A stretch of 64,000 bases of DNA. It comes from an uncultured Acidobacteriota bacterium. GTDB lineage: Bacteria; Acidobacteriota; UBA6911. Of the stretch, positions 8,166 to 16,807 are shown one piece after another. Under the pieces are notes generated by a model, which did no database searches, was not told where the DNA came from, and worked only from the letters and a program-made list of their open reading frames with translations. The DNA lies in assembly GCA_963843575.1 (NCBI GenBank), contig CAWJKZ010000013.1, positions 384,001 through 448,000 on the forward strand. Reading direction: 5' to 3'. The translations under genes and the position numbers were made by a program. Position 1 is the stretch's first letter. Every line of letters starts with the position of its first letter.

Positions 8166-9848
8166 TCATTTCTGCAGGATTGCGCCTTCGGCGACGCTCC
8201 CCACCAGCCGCATGTACCGGCGCAGCACGGGGCTGGTGATTTCTTTCTGGAGCAACTTCATCTCCCCCCGGCGCCTCTGCATCTCCTGCTCCGGGACGAG
8301 CAGCTCGAGGCTGCGCCCCGGGATGTCCATCCTGATGCTGTCGCCCTCGCACACGTAGGCGATGGCGCCGCCGGCCGCGGCTTCCGGGGCGATGTGCCCG
8401 ACGCACGGCCCGCGGGTCGACCCGGAGAATCGCCCGTCCGTGACAATCGCCGCGCTCTGTCCCAACCCCATCCCCATCAGCGCCGCCGTCGCGCTCAGCA
8501 TTTCGCGCATCCCCGGCCCGCCCCGCGGCCCTTCGTAGCGGATGACGACCACGTCCCCCGGCACGATCCTACCGTCGTAGATGGCGCGCACCGCGTCCTC
8601 TTCCGAGTCGAACACACGCGCCGGCCCGGTGTGGGCGAGCATCGCGGGGTCCACGCCGGTCTGTTTGACGATGCACCCTTCCGGCGCGAGGTTCCCCTTG
8701 AGCACGGCGTAGCTCCCCTGCGAGTGCACGGGGTTGCCGATCGGCCGTATGACGCCGGGGTTCCGGTTCTCGGCGGATTGGGCGATGTCGCGGACGCTGC
8801 GGCCTCCGGCGGTCATCTCGTCCGCGCAGAGCAGCGGCAGCAGCTCCTTCATGATGGCCGGCACCCCGCCGGCGGCGTCGAGGTCCCAAAGGGTGTCCGG
8901 ACCCGACGATTTCAACGCCGTGATGTGCGGCGTGTTTCGGCTGATCTCGTCGACCTGGTCCAGCGTGACTTTGATGTCGCACTCGGCCGCGATGGCGGGG
9001 ATGTGGATCACGGCGTTGCTCGACCCGCCTATGGCGGAGCTGACGATCAGCGCGTTCCGGAAAGACCGTTCGGTGACGAAGTCGCGTGGGCAGACGCCGG
9101 CTTCGGTGAGCCGGACGATCTCTTCGCCGCTGCGCCTCGCGATCCGCTTCTTGGCGGAGGAGACGGCGTGCGCCGTGGCGCAGCCCGGGAGCGAGAGCCC
9201 GAGCGTTTCCGCGACGCAGGCCATGGTGTTGGCGGTCCCGAGCATGGCGCAGGAGCCGGGCCCCGGGCAGACGGCGCACTCCATCTCGAGCATGTCCCGG
9301 TCGTCGAACTCCCCCTTGATCCACCGGCCCGTGGCTTCGCGCATGTCGGGCACCGCGATGCTCTTGCCGCGAAAGGTGCCGGGCATCATGGGGCCGCCGG
9401 TGACCATGAGGGAAGGGAGGTTCAGGCGCATCTGCGCCATGAGCATGGCAGGCTCGATCTTGTCGCAGGAGCAGAGAAAGGCGAGGCCGTCCATCTGCTG
9501 CGCCTCGACCACCAGTTCGATGGAGTCCGCGATCAGGTCGCGGCTTGGGAGGACGTAGCGCATCCCGGCGTGCCCCTGGGCGATGCCGTCGCAGATGGCG
9601 ATCGTGTTGAACTCGAACGGCACTCCCCCGGCCTCCAGGATGCCTTTCTTTACCTCTTCGGCGAGGTCCCTGAGATGGACGTGGCCCGGGTGCATCTCGT
9701 TCCAGGAATTGACGACTCCGATGAAGGGCTTCTCGAAGTCGCCGTCCAGCATCCCAAGCGAGCGCAAGTGCCCCCGATGCCCAGCCCGTTCCGGCCCGGC
9801 GACAATTGTCCTGCTGCGATACTTCTTTCGAACCGGAAAGTAGTCCAC
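8166..9848 (-). CDS. ilvD: Dihydroxy-acid dehydratase (IlvD/Edd family)
   Basis: ICDGIAQGH, CDKIEP, CPGPGSCAMLGTANTM, YEGPRGGPGMREM, TDGRFSG. Confidence 0.9.
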   Translation of the reverse strand: MDYFPVRKKYRSRTIVAGPERAGHRGHLRSLGMLDGDFEKPFIGVVNSWNEMHPGHVHLRDLAEEVKKGILEAGGVPFEFNTIAICDGIAQGHAGMRYVLPSRDLIADSIELVVEAQQMDGLAFLCSCDKIEPAMLMAQMRLNLPSLMVTGGPMMPGTFRGKSIAVPDMREATGRWIKGEFDDRDMLEMECAVCPGPGSCAMLGTANTMACVAETLGLSLPGCATAHAVSSAKKRIARRSGEEIVRLTEAGVCPRDFVTERSFRNALIVSSAIGGSSNAVIHIPAIAAECDIKVTLDQVDEISRNTPHITALKSSGPDTLWDLDAAGGVPAIMKELLPLLCADEMTAGGRSVRDIAQSAENRNPGVIRPIGNPVHSQGSYAVLKGNLAPEGCIVKQTGVDPAMLAHTGPARVFDSEEDAVRAIYDGRIVPGDVVVIRYEGPRGGPGMREMLSATAALMGMGLGQSAAIVTDGRFSGSTRGPCVGHIAPEAAAGGAIAYVCEGDSIRMDIPGRSLELLVPEQEMQRRRGEMKLLQKEITSPVLRRYMRLVGSVAEGAILQK

Positions 9849-9861
9849 TTGCTCACCAAAG

Positions 9862-9911
9862 GGCGGCGCCTAGGCGCCGCCTACAAAGCGGCGTCGAGCC
9901 GCCGCACTCCA
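9862..9911. repeat. REP-like element, family A
   Basis: GGCGGCGCCTAGGCGCCGCC.ACAAAGCGGCGTCGAGCCGCCGCACTCCA. Confidence 0.9.
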
Positions 9912-9913
9912 TA

Positions 9914-10969
9914 TCACTTCTTCTCGGTGATGTGCTGGACCGCGATGGTTTGCAGGGCGCCGTTCACGTCGGGCTTCTGCACCTGGATCTCGGTCTCGGT
10001 CGTGTCCGCGCCGGCCGGGCGCGTCGTCCGTACGACCTTCTCGCTCACCTGCAGTCCGCTCGACGGCGCCGCCGGGTTCACCTGCGACGTGGTCTGGGTA
10101 ACCTGCTGCGAGCCGTCGGCGTAGCTCGCGCTGACGATGACCGCGCGCGCGTTCAGCCGCAACCTGCCGGTGGAGTCGGCGAGGTGTGTTTCGATCTCGC
10201 CGCGCGCGTTCCCCTGCGGGTCTTTCGTCTCCCGGCTCACCTCGTGCCGGAGCAGCGTCATCGAGCCGTTGACGTCCTGCCGGTAGACGTCTTCCTGCGC
10301 GGAGGTCTGTTGCGCCGTCTGCCGGCTGCTGCTGACGTGCCTCTCCGCCGCGGCCATGCTCCCGGACGAGTTGGCCCGATAGGCGGTCTTGTCGATCTCG
10401 ACGGTCCCGTCCGCCTTCTTCTTCTCGATCTGGACCACCTGTTCGGTCTGGGTCAGCTGCCCGCTCCCGCGCGCCACCGTAGCTTGAGTCCGGTAGGTGT
10501 CGGCCCCCGCGGCGGCGGTTTCCTGTGAAACCCGCTCGACCTGCAGCATGCGGCCGTTCGCGTCGCGTCGCGTCACGGACCGGGTGGCGCTGAACCCGTT
10601 GTTCGGGGTGGCGCGCACATCCTCGGTGACGAGTTCCACGACTTCGTCGCGCCCGTTGACGTCGCGGTTGTAGGTGCGCCGGACGATGCGCATGGTATTG
10701 GGGTCGGGCCGCGTGATCTCGGTTTGGGTGTTCGAGGGCACCTCCGCGCGCGCGTTGAGGGCCAGGGACGCGAGCGTGCGGCCTTCGTACACCACCCCGC
10801 GATTCTGCGCCCCCGCCTCGACCCAGTGGAACCCGGCAAACGGGTCTTTGGGCTTTTCTGCGGGGCGCGCCAACACGCAGAGCATCAAGAGTGACGGAAT
10901 CAGGAACGGGCGGCGCCCAGGCGCCGCCTTGAAAGCGGCGTCGAGCCGCCGCACTCCATAACCTTTCAT
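9914..10969 (-). CDS. Exported hypothetical protein with internal beta-hairpin repeats
   Basis: Hydrophobic segment then about 8 repeats centred on D(V/A)NG-type turns; N-terminus read through a REP element. Confidence 0.7.
   Translation of the reverse strand: MKGYGVRRLDAAFKAAPGRRPFLIPSLLMLCVLARPAEKPKDPFAGFHWVEAGAQNRGVVYEGRTLASLALNARAEVPSNTQTEITRPDPNTMRIVRRTYNRDVNGRDEVVELVTEDVRATPNNGFSATRSVTRRDANGRMLQVERVSQETAAAGADTYRTQATVARGSGQLTQTEQVVQIEKKKADGTVEIDKTAYRANSSGSMAAAERHVSSSRQTAQQTSAQEDVYRQDVNGSMTLLRHEVSRETKDPQGNARGEIETHLADSTGRLRLNARAVIVSASYADGSQQVTQTTSQVNPAAPSSGLQVSEKVVRTTRPAGADTTETEIQVQKPDVNGALQTIAVQHITEKK
10909..10958. repeat. REP-like element, family A (inside the 5' end of an ORF)
   Basis: GGCGGCGCCCAGGCGCCGCC..GAAAGCGGCGTCGAGCCGCCGCACTCCA. 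Confidence 0.9.
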
Positions 10970-11091
10970 TGTCAGCTCCGGAAGGAGGTTCGTCTTATGC
11001 TAGGGTCAGTAGGGCTCGGTGTCAACGAAAGCCCCCGGACGTAATTGCTTTGAAACCGGCTTCGGCTGTAAGATGCGACCAGGAGGCCGCC

Positions 11092-12090
11092 GTGACTTCC
11101 CCGGAGACAAGGGTCGGACTCCGTCCGATTGGCGACTACCTTTCGTGTTCCCATGCGGACATCGAGTGGGCGCTGTCCGTCCAGGCCATCGAGTCTGCGT
11201 CGGGCAACGTGAAGCGGCTTGGGGAGATCCTGGTCGCGCGCGAGCATCTGGACCAGGAAGACCTTCTCGCGGCCCTCGAATCGCAGCGCACCGACCGGTT
11301 GCGGCTTTGCTCCCTGACGGCGGACCTGAATTGGGAGGAACTGGTCAGGCTCGGAAAAAAGACCGAGGAGATGGAACTCGAGCCCGGTCAGATCCTGTTC
11401 CACGAGGCACAAAGGGGCGACAGCGTCTACGTGGTATTGGCCGGGCGTCTGCTCAAGTCGAGCTCCGTGGAACAGTCGGAGCTCCCAACCGGGGTGGTTG
11501 TGCCCGGCGACGTCCTGGGTGAAGACGAGTTCTACACGGACGGCACGCGGCGCTGTTCGGTGTATGCGACCGAACCCTCGGTGCTGCTGAAGATCCGGTA
11601 CGAGCTGTTGCCCAGAGGCACAAGGGAGAAGCCCTCGTCGTTTGCCTTGCCGCCAGGAGGCTCCCCGGAGGAGGTCGCGGCGGGGATCGCCCGGAAGGCG
11701 TGCGAGGTCCTGGACGCGGATCGCGCCTATGTCTTCGTGCGCGATCTCGCATCCGGGGACCTTATCGGGCGCTCCGGGGAAGAGCCGATCAGGGTGAAGG
11801 CCGGCACGGACGTCGCCGGCTGGGTGGCGCTCAAGCGGGAGACGGTCAATCTTCAGGAAGCCTATCTCGACCCGAGGTTCGACACTTCGATCGACGTCGT
11901 GACGGGTTACTGGACCCGAAGCCTGCTGGCTGCCCCGGTGTTTGGCAGCGGTGGTGACGTGGTCGGGGTCGTCGAGGTCGTGAACAAGCGCACGGGCCGT
12001 TTCGACGCCGACGACGAAGCCCTCCTTCACGCCTTCGCCCACCAATGTTCCACTTCGAGATTCTTCGAGCCCTTCGAGGCCTCGAGGTGA
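11092..12090 (+). CDS. MshEN-like + cyclic-nucleotide-binding + GAF domain protein
   Basis: GTG start after AGGAGG; RLGEILV..HL..EDLLAALESQ; LFHEAQRGDSVYVVLAG..GDVLGE; DPRFD..D..TGYWTRSLLAAP..VVNKRTGRFDADDE. Confidence 0.8.
   Translation: MTSPETRVGLRPIGDYLSCSHADIEWALSVQAIESASGNVKRLGEILVAREHLDQEDLLAALESQRTDRLRLCSLTADLNWEELVRLGKKTEEMELEPGQILFHEAQRGDSVYVVLAGRLLKSSSVEQSELPTGVVVPGDVLGEDEFYTDGTRRCSVYATEPSVLLKIRYELLPRGTREKPSSFALPPGGSPEEVAAGIARKACEVLDADRAYVFVRDLASGDLIGRSGEEPIRVKAGTDVAGWVALKRETVNLQEAYLDPRFDTSIDVVTGYWTRSLLAAPVFGSGGDVVGVVEVVNKRTGRFDADDEALLHAFAHQCSTSRFFEPFEASR
12054..12087. repeat. 9-bp-period tandem repeat (CTTCGAGnn), family C
   Basis: TTCGAGATT CTTCGAGCC CTTCGAGGC CTCGAGG; a similar inverted array lies at about 52255-52290. 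Confidence 0.55.
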
Positions 12091-12121
12091 TCTCTGAACT
12101 CTCTACCTACTCCATCCAGAT

Positions 12122-13177
12122 ATGCCCACGAAACGTGTTTTGGTTACCGGCAGCAGCGGTCTGATCGGGTCCGAAGCCGTCCTGTTTTTTGATCGTCTCG
12201 GGTGGGACGTCCACGGGATCGACAACAACATGCGGCGGGATTTCTTCGGTCCCGACGGCGACACGGCGTGGAACCTGAAGCGGCTCCAGGGCGCTGCCGC
12301 GCGCTTTACGCACCACGACACCGACATGCGGGACCGGGAGTCGCTCCTGGAGATCCTGCGGAGCGCCCGACCGGACCTGATCGTGCACTGCGCCGCCCAG
12401 CCCTCACACGATCTTGCCAAAGACCGTGCGTTCGACGACTTCGACGTCAACGCCGTGGGCACGCTCAACCTGCTGGAGAGCGTGCGGCGTTATGCGCCCG
12501 ATTCCCCGTTTGTTTTCATGAGCACCAACAAGGTCTACGGCGACCGGCCCAATCTGGTCCCCGTGAGCGAACTCGAGACCCGCTACGATTACACCCCCGA
12601 ATTTCGCGACGGGATCGACGAGACCTGCCCGGTGGATACCTGCACCCACAGCATTTTCGGGGCCTCGAAACTCGCCGCCGACGTCATGGTCCAGGAGTAC
12701 GGCAGGTACTTCGGCATCCCCACGGTCTGTTTCCGCGCCGGGTGCCTCACCGGCCCGAATCATTCGGGTGTCGAGCTCCACGGCTTCCTTGCCTATCTCG
12801 CGAAGGCGGTGCGGGAAGGCCGCCCGTACCGGATCTACGGCTACAAGGGCAAGCAGGTGCGCGACAACCTGCACTCCTTCGATGTCTGCGCGGCGATGCT
12901 GGAGTTTTACCGCGCCCCGCGTCCGGGGGCGGTGTACAACCTCGGGGGCGGGCGCGACAACAGCGTGTCCCTCCTGGAGGCCGTCGCGAGCCTGGAAGCG
13001 CTCACGGGCAGAAAACTCCCCGTCGAATACGTCGATCGCCCGAGGGTTGGCGACCACATCTGCTACATCACGAACCTGGGCCGGTTCAGGGCGGACTACC
13101 CGGAATGGAAGGTAAGCCGTTCCCTGGAGAGCATCCTGCAGGAACTCGCGCAGCCCGCCCTCAAGGCCAGGACATGA
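12122..13177 (+). CDS. NAD-dependent epimerase/dehydratase (CDP-paratose 2-epimerase-like)
   Basis: [35 protein letters not shown]. Confidence 0.88.
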   Translation: MPTKRVLVTGSSGLIGSEAVLFFDRLGWDVHGIDNNMRRDFFGPDGDTAWNLKRLQGAAARFTHHDTDMRDRESLLEILRSARPDLIVHCAAQPSHDLAKDRAFDDFDVNAVGTLNLLESVRRYAPDSPFVFMSTNKVYGDRPNLVPVSELETRYDYTPEFRDGIDETCPVDTCTHSIFGASKLAADVMVQEYGRYFGIPTVCFRAGCLTGPNHSGVELHGFLAYLAKAVREGRPYRIYGYKGKQVRDNLHSFDVCAAMLEFYRAPRPGAVYNLGGGRDNSVSLLEAVASLEALTGRKLPVEYVDRPRVGDHICYITNLGRFRADYPEWKVSRSLESILQELAQPALKART

Positions 13178-13908
13178 AACTCTCCGTCGTGATCCCGGCC
13201 CGGAACGAGGAGGGGACGGTCGGGTCGACCGTCGATTCCATCCGGAGCCGTCTTCGGCGCGAGGGGATAGCCTACGAGGTGATCGTCGTCGACGACGGGA
13301 GCTCCGACGGAACGGCTTCCGAGGTCGAGAAACGCTCCCGGGAAGACGCCGACGTCCGGTTGCTGCGGAATGGGGGGCCGAACGGGTTCGGATACGCCGT
13401 CGCCACGGGGCTCGATGCCTTCCATGGGGACGCGGTCGCCATCATGATGGCGGACGGGTCCGACGACGTCGAGGACCTCGTCCGCTACTTCGTCATCCTG
13501 CGGGACAGCGCGGAGTGCGCCTTCGGCTCCCGCTTCGTGGCGGGGGGCCGGGTCGAGGGTTACCCGAAGTTCAAGCTCGTGATCAACCGGCTGGCCAACT
13601 TCTTTGTGCGGGTCTTGTTCGGGATCGGCTACAACGACGTCACGAACGCGTTCAAGGGGTATCGCGCCAACGTTATTCAGGGCTGTCGCCCCTTGCTGTC
13701 GCGGCACTTTAATCTGACGGTAGAGTTACCGCTGAAGGCCATCGTGCGCGGCTATTCGTACGAGGTCGTCCCGATCGGCTGGCGGCAGAGGACTTGGGGC
13801 GAATCGGCCTTGCACCTCAAGGAGATGGGGAGCCGATACCTTTTCATCGTCCTGTACGTCTGGCTGGAGAAGCTCCTCTGCAAGCGCGACTACCGCAGAG
13901 TCGAATGA
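13174..13908 (+). CDS. Glycosyltransferase family 2 (polyprenol-phosphate glycosyltransferase/DPM synthase-like)
   Basis: [32 protein letters not shown]; ATGA overlap with the epimerase. Confidence 0.88.
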   Translation: MKLSVVIPARNEEGTVGSTVDSIRSRLRREGIAYEVIVVDDGSSDGTASEVEKRSREDADVRLLRNGGPNGFGYAVATGLDAFHGDAVAIMMADGSDDVEDLVRYFVILRDSAECAFGSRFVAGGRVEGYPKFKLVINRLANFFVRVLFGIGYNDVTNAFKGYRANVIQGCRPLLSRHFNLTVELPLKAIVRGYSYEVVPIGWRQRTWGESALHLKEMGSRYLFIVLYVWLEKLLCKRDYRRVE

Positions 13909-13982
13909 CGCACGCGCCAACCCCAAGTGTCTTTAAATCCAGAGGCTGTCCAACGGTTGAACCACCCGGCCTGCCGGAAAAA

Positions 13983-14092
13983 CAAGTGGGTCCGGGCTTC
14001 AGCCCGGACGTCTTTAAATCCGTTCCATATAGTTCCACCTGCCCTGCATAGCGACTGCAAACTGCGTCCGGGCTGAAGCCCGGACCCACTTG
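13983..14092. repeat. GTGG-tagged REP doublet (REPIN/BIME-like), family D
   Basis: CAAGTGGGTCCGGGCTTCAGCCCGGACG (13983-14010) and its exact inverse (14065-14092). Confidence 0.85.
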
Positions 14093-14138
14093 ATTTTTGT
14101 GCTTCACGCGTCGGTATTGTGTGTCCTCCTGAGGTCGA

Positions 14139-15515
14139 TCAGCCTTTGCGGGTTCCGTCTACCGTCGCGTTCATCAGCGCCTGCAACGGGGCGACGCGCT
14201 CCTGCGGCGGCGAATCCGATACGTAGAGGTTCTCGAGCGCGTCCTGCACCAGTTCCAGCGTAAGCCTCGGGGTTACCCCCATGTACCGGCAGGCCGCGAC
14301 GGCGTGCTCCACGATGAATATCGGGTGATAGGCGGCGCACACCGACCCGGTCCGCGGGTAAAAATCCTCGAGCAGAAAATCCAGTATCGCGTCGTCCAGC
14401 CTGACGCCGTACTGCTCGCACACCCGGCGGAAGATCAGGCAGTAATCCGCCACGGAAGGGGGATCGACCCGCAGCTTGTACTTCACCCTCCTCAACAGCG
14501 CCGGGTCCATGAGTGTGTTGGGCGAGATGTTGGTCGAGAAGATCACCATCTCGTCGAACGGGTAATCGAACTTCTTTCCGGTGTGGATGGTGAGGTAGTC
14601 GATCTTTTTCTCGAGCGGCACGATCCAGCGGTTGAGCAGGTCCTTGGGCTGCACCAGCTGTCGGCCGAAATCGTCGATGATGAAGACTCCGCCGAGCGCC
14701 TTGACCTGGGGCGGCGCCTCGTAGAACTTGGCGGTCGTCTCGTACTGCAGGTCGAGCACGTCGAGGGTGAGTTCTCCCCCCATGAGGATGACCGGCCTGC
14801 GGCACCTGACCCACCGCAGGTCCGGCTTCTTCCTGATGATCAGCTCGGTCTCGTCACGGGGGGGAAGTTCGACGTGGATGGTCGGGTCAAAGACCCGGAT
14901 CACCTGTCCGTCGACCTCGATGGCGTGGGGTATGTAGACGGGCTGTTTGAAAACCTTCCCGATCGACTCGCTGACCGAGGTCTTCCCGTTCCCCGCGGAC
15001 CCATAGACCAGCAGTGACCGCGAGGAATTGACGGCGGGGCCAAGCCGGCGGATCAGCGATTCAGGCACGACCAGGTGGGACAGGGCGGCCGTCAGGTCGC
15101 TGACCGTCACCTTCTCGTTCGCGATGCTCTGTTTCTTCACCTGCGTCTGGAATGATGTGAGCGGCACCGGCGCAGGCCCGACATACTCGCACTGGTTTGC
15201 GGCATCCAGAGCCTGGTCTCTCCCGGCGTTCGTGAGGCCGTAGCGCAGGACGGGGACGTTTCCCGGGATCGATCCCAGAACTTCGACGCACTTCTGGTGC
15301 TTGAGGCCGAGCAACAGCTGGTCGACCACCGAAGGGCTCAGCTTGAGGCGTTCGGCGACGTCGGCGACCGTTTCCAGCGCCAGCGTGTGGAGCATCTTCA
15401 AGACGAGCGCATTCAGGAACTTGCAGCTCAATCCCGTCTCTGCGACGGTTGTGGGGAAGGGCGGGGGCGCGTTCCCGTCAAGGGGAGCGCGCTCGCCGGC
15501 AGCGGTCTGGTCCAT
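14139..15515 (-). CDS. AAA+ ATPase with N-terminal winged helix (family often linked to Flp/Tad loci)
   Basis: Walker A YGSAGNGKT, Walker B VFIIDDFGRQ, LLNRWIVPLE, IFSTN. Confidence 0.8.
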   Translation of the reverse strand: MDQTAAGERAPLDGNAPPPFPTTVAETGLSCKFLNALVLKMLHTLALETVADVAERLKLSPSVVDQLLLGLKHQKCVEVLGSIPGNVPVLRYGLTNAGRDQALDAANQCEYVGPAPVPLTSFQTQVKKQSIANEKVTVSDLTAALSHLVVPESLIRRLGPAVNSSRSLLVYGSAGNGKTSVSESIGKVFKQPVYIPHAIEVDGQVIRVFDPTIHVELPPRDETELIIRKKPDLRWVRCRRPVILMGGELTLDVLDLQYETTAKFYEAPPQVKALGGVFIIDDFGRQLVQPKDLLNRWIVPLEKKIDYLTIHTGKKFDYPFDEMVIFSTNISPNTLMDPALLRRVKYKLRVDPPSVADYCLIFRRVCEQYGVRLDDAILDFLLEDFYPRTGSVCAAYHPIFIVEHAVAACRYMGVTPRLTLELVQDALENLYVSDSPPQERVAPLQALMNATVDGTRKG

Positions 15516-15631
15516 GTCCCACTCATCGGCTTGCCCGATCGATCTCTACAGACCGATTTTGTCTTCGGACAATTGTGTTGCACCGCGATCGCTACTGGAA
15601 ACATAATATCCGGGTCGTCTCCCTCCCAGAC

Positions 15632-15720
15632 TGGAGTGCGGCGCCTCGGCGCCGCTTTTGGTGGTTCACCGGACTGGCAAGATCGGCCACGTGGCGGCGC
15701 CTTGGCGCCGCCGCACTCCA
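15632..15720. repeat. REP-like element, family A (doublet)
   Basis: TGGAGTGCGGCGCCTCGGCGCCGCTTT ... GCGGCGCCTTGGCGCCGCCGCACTCCA. Confidence 0.85.
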
Positions 15721-15781
15721 AAGCAGTTGCTAAAGCATTCGCGGCAAGTCTACGATCAGGGTATCAGGGAGGGGGCTTGGG

Positions 15782-16801
15782 ATGCTCAACTCCATGGTGA
15801 GGTTCGTCAAGAAGGACCGGCCCTCGCGCCTGGTCGCGTTCAGGACCTACCTGATCGTCCTCCTGGCAGGTACTCTTCTGCTGTTCGCCCTGAACATCGT
15901 GTCCCTGACCCGCCACCAGCAGTCCTTACAGCATTTGGCCGGAGGGGCCTCCGACACCGAGATCCTGTTCGCAGGTTTGGCCACGGGGATGTTCGTCTGC
16001 ATCATCGGCCTGGGGATCTACCTGCTGGTCCGGGTCTCCCGGGACCTGCAGTGGTTCCAGCTTCAGTCGGATTTCGTCTCCGGGGTCTCGCATGAGCTGA
16101 AAACGCCGCTGAGCCTGATCCGCCTCTACAGCGAGACCATGGCCGACGGCGACGGGGCATTCAGCCCCGAGGAGCGAAACAGCTACATTCGCATCATCGC
16201 CAGGGAGAGCGAGCGGCTGAGCCGTCTGATCGACAACGTGCTCGACTTCTCCAGGATCCGGCAGGGGCAGAAGCCCCGCATCCTCGAAGTGGGCGACCTG
16301 ACCGAGACGGTCTCGCAGACCGTTGCCGACTATTCCGAGTATCTCGCGCTGCGCGGCTTCACGGTCAAGACGGGTTTGCAGTCGAATCTGCCGGCCGTCC
16401 TTTTCAACCGCGAGCAGGTCTCGCAGGTGATATTGAATCTCATGGACAACGCCCGGAAGTACTCGGGCGAGTCGCGCCTGATCCGGATACACATGTGGCG
16501 GCAGCTGGACGACGTCGTCCTCGAGGTGCAGGATTACGGCTTCGGCATCCCCGCCGAGGAGCAGCAAAAGATATTCGAGCCGTTCTATCGTCTTCCGAGG
16601 GGCAGCGAAAAGGGCGGGTGCGGTCTCGGGCTCTACCTCGTCCACCAGGTCATGAAGGACCACGGCGGGAGAATCGAGGTCCAGAGCCAGGTGGACCATG
16701 GTACCCGGTTCAGGCTGTTTTTCCCGATCGCCGAGCCCGGTTTGGCGGAATTGCCCCAAACCTATGATCCCGGTGACCGCTCGATTGTGCAGGCCGGCTG
16801 A
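15782..16801 (+). CDS. Sensor histidine kinase (2 TM, very short loop)
   Basis: H-box VSHELKTPL, NLMDNARKY, DYGFGIP, FEPFYR, GCGLGL. Confidence 0.92.
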   Translation: MLNSMVRFVKKDRPSRLVAFRTYLIVLLAGTLLLFALNIVSLTRHQQSLQHLAGGASDTEILFAGLATGMFVCIIGLGIYLLVRVSRDLQWFQLQSDFVSGVSHELKTPLSLIRLYSETMADGDGAFSPEERNSYIRIIARESERLSRLIDNVLDFSRIRQGQKPRILEVGDLTETVSQTVADYSEYLALRGFTVKTGLQSNLPAVLFNREQVSQVILNLMDNARKYSGESRLIRIHMWRQLDDVVLEVQDYGFGIPAEEQQKIFEPFYRLPRGSEKGGCGLGLYLVHQVMKDHGGRIEVQSQVDHGTRFRLFFPIAEPGLAELPQTYDPGDRSIVQAG

Positions 16802-16807
16802 CAATCC

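Noticed and set aside
7239-10124. 961-aa ORF and other long shadow ORFs (e.g. 33-1661, 15926-17395, 52293-53807, 56408-58351)
   Set aside because: These are antisense or alternate-frame shadows of clear genes in high-GC DNA, with no recognisable motifs.
10970-10998. Third copy of the pilin ECF promoter upstream of the MshEN-cNMP-GAF gene
   Set aside because: Only CGTCTTA matches; the -35 (GTCAG) and spacing (15) differ, which is too weak to call.
593-15720. Recurrent 27-bp palindromes as a CRISPR array
   Set aside because: They are dispersed, in both orientations, without regular unique spacers, and no cas genes are present.
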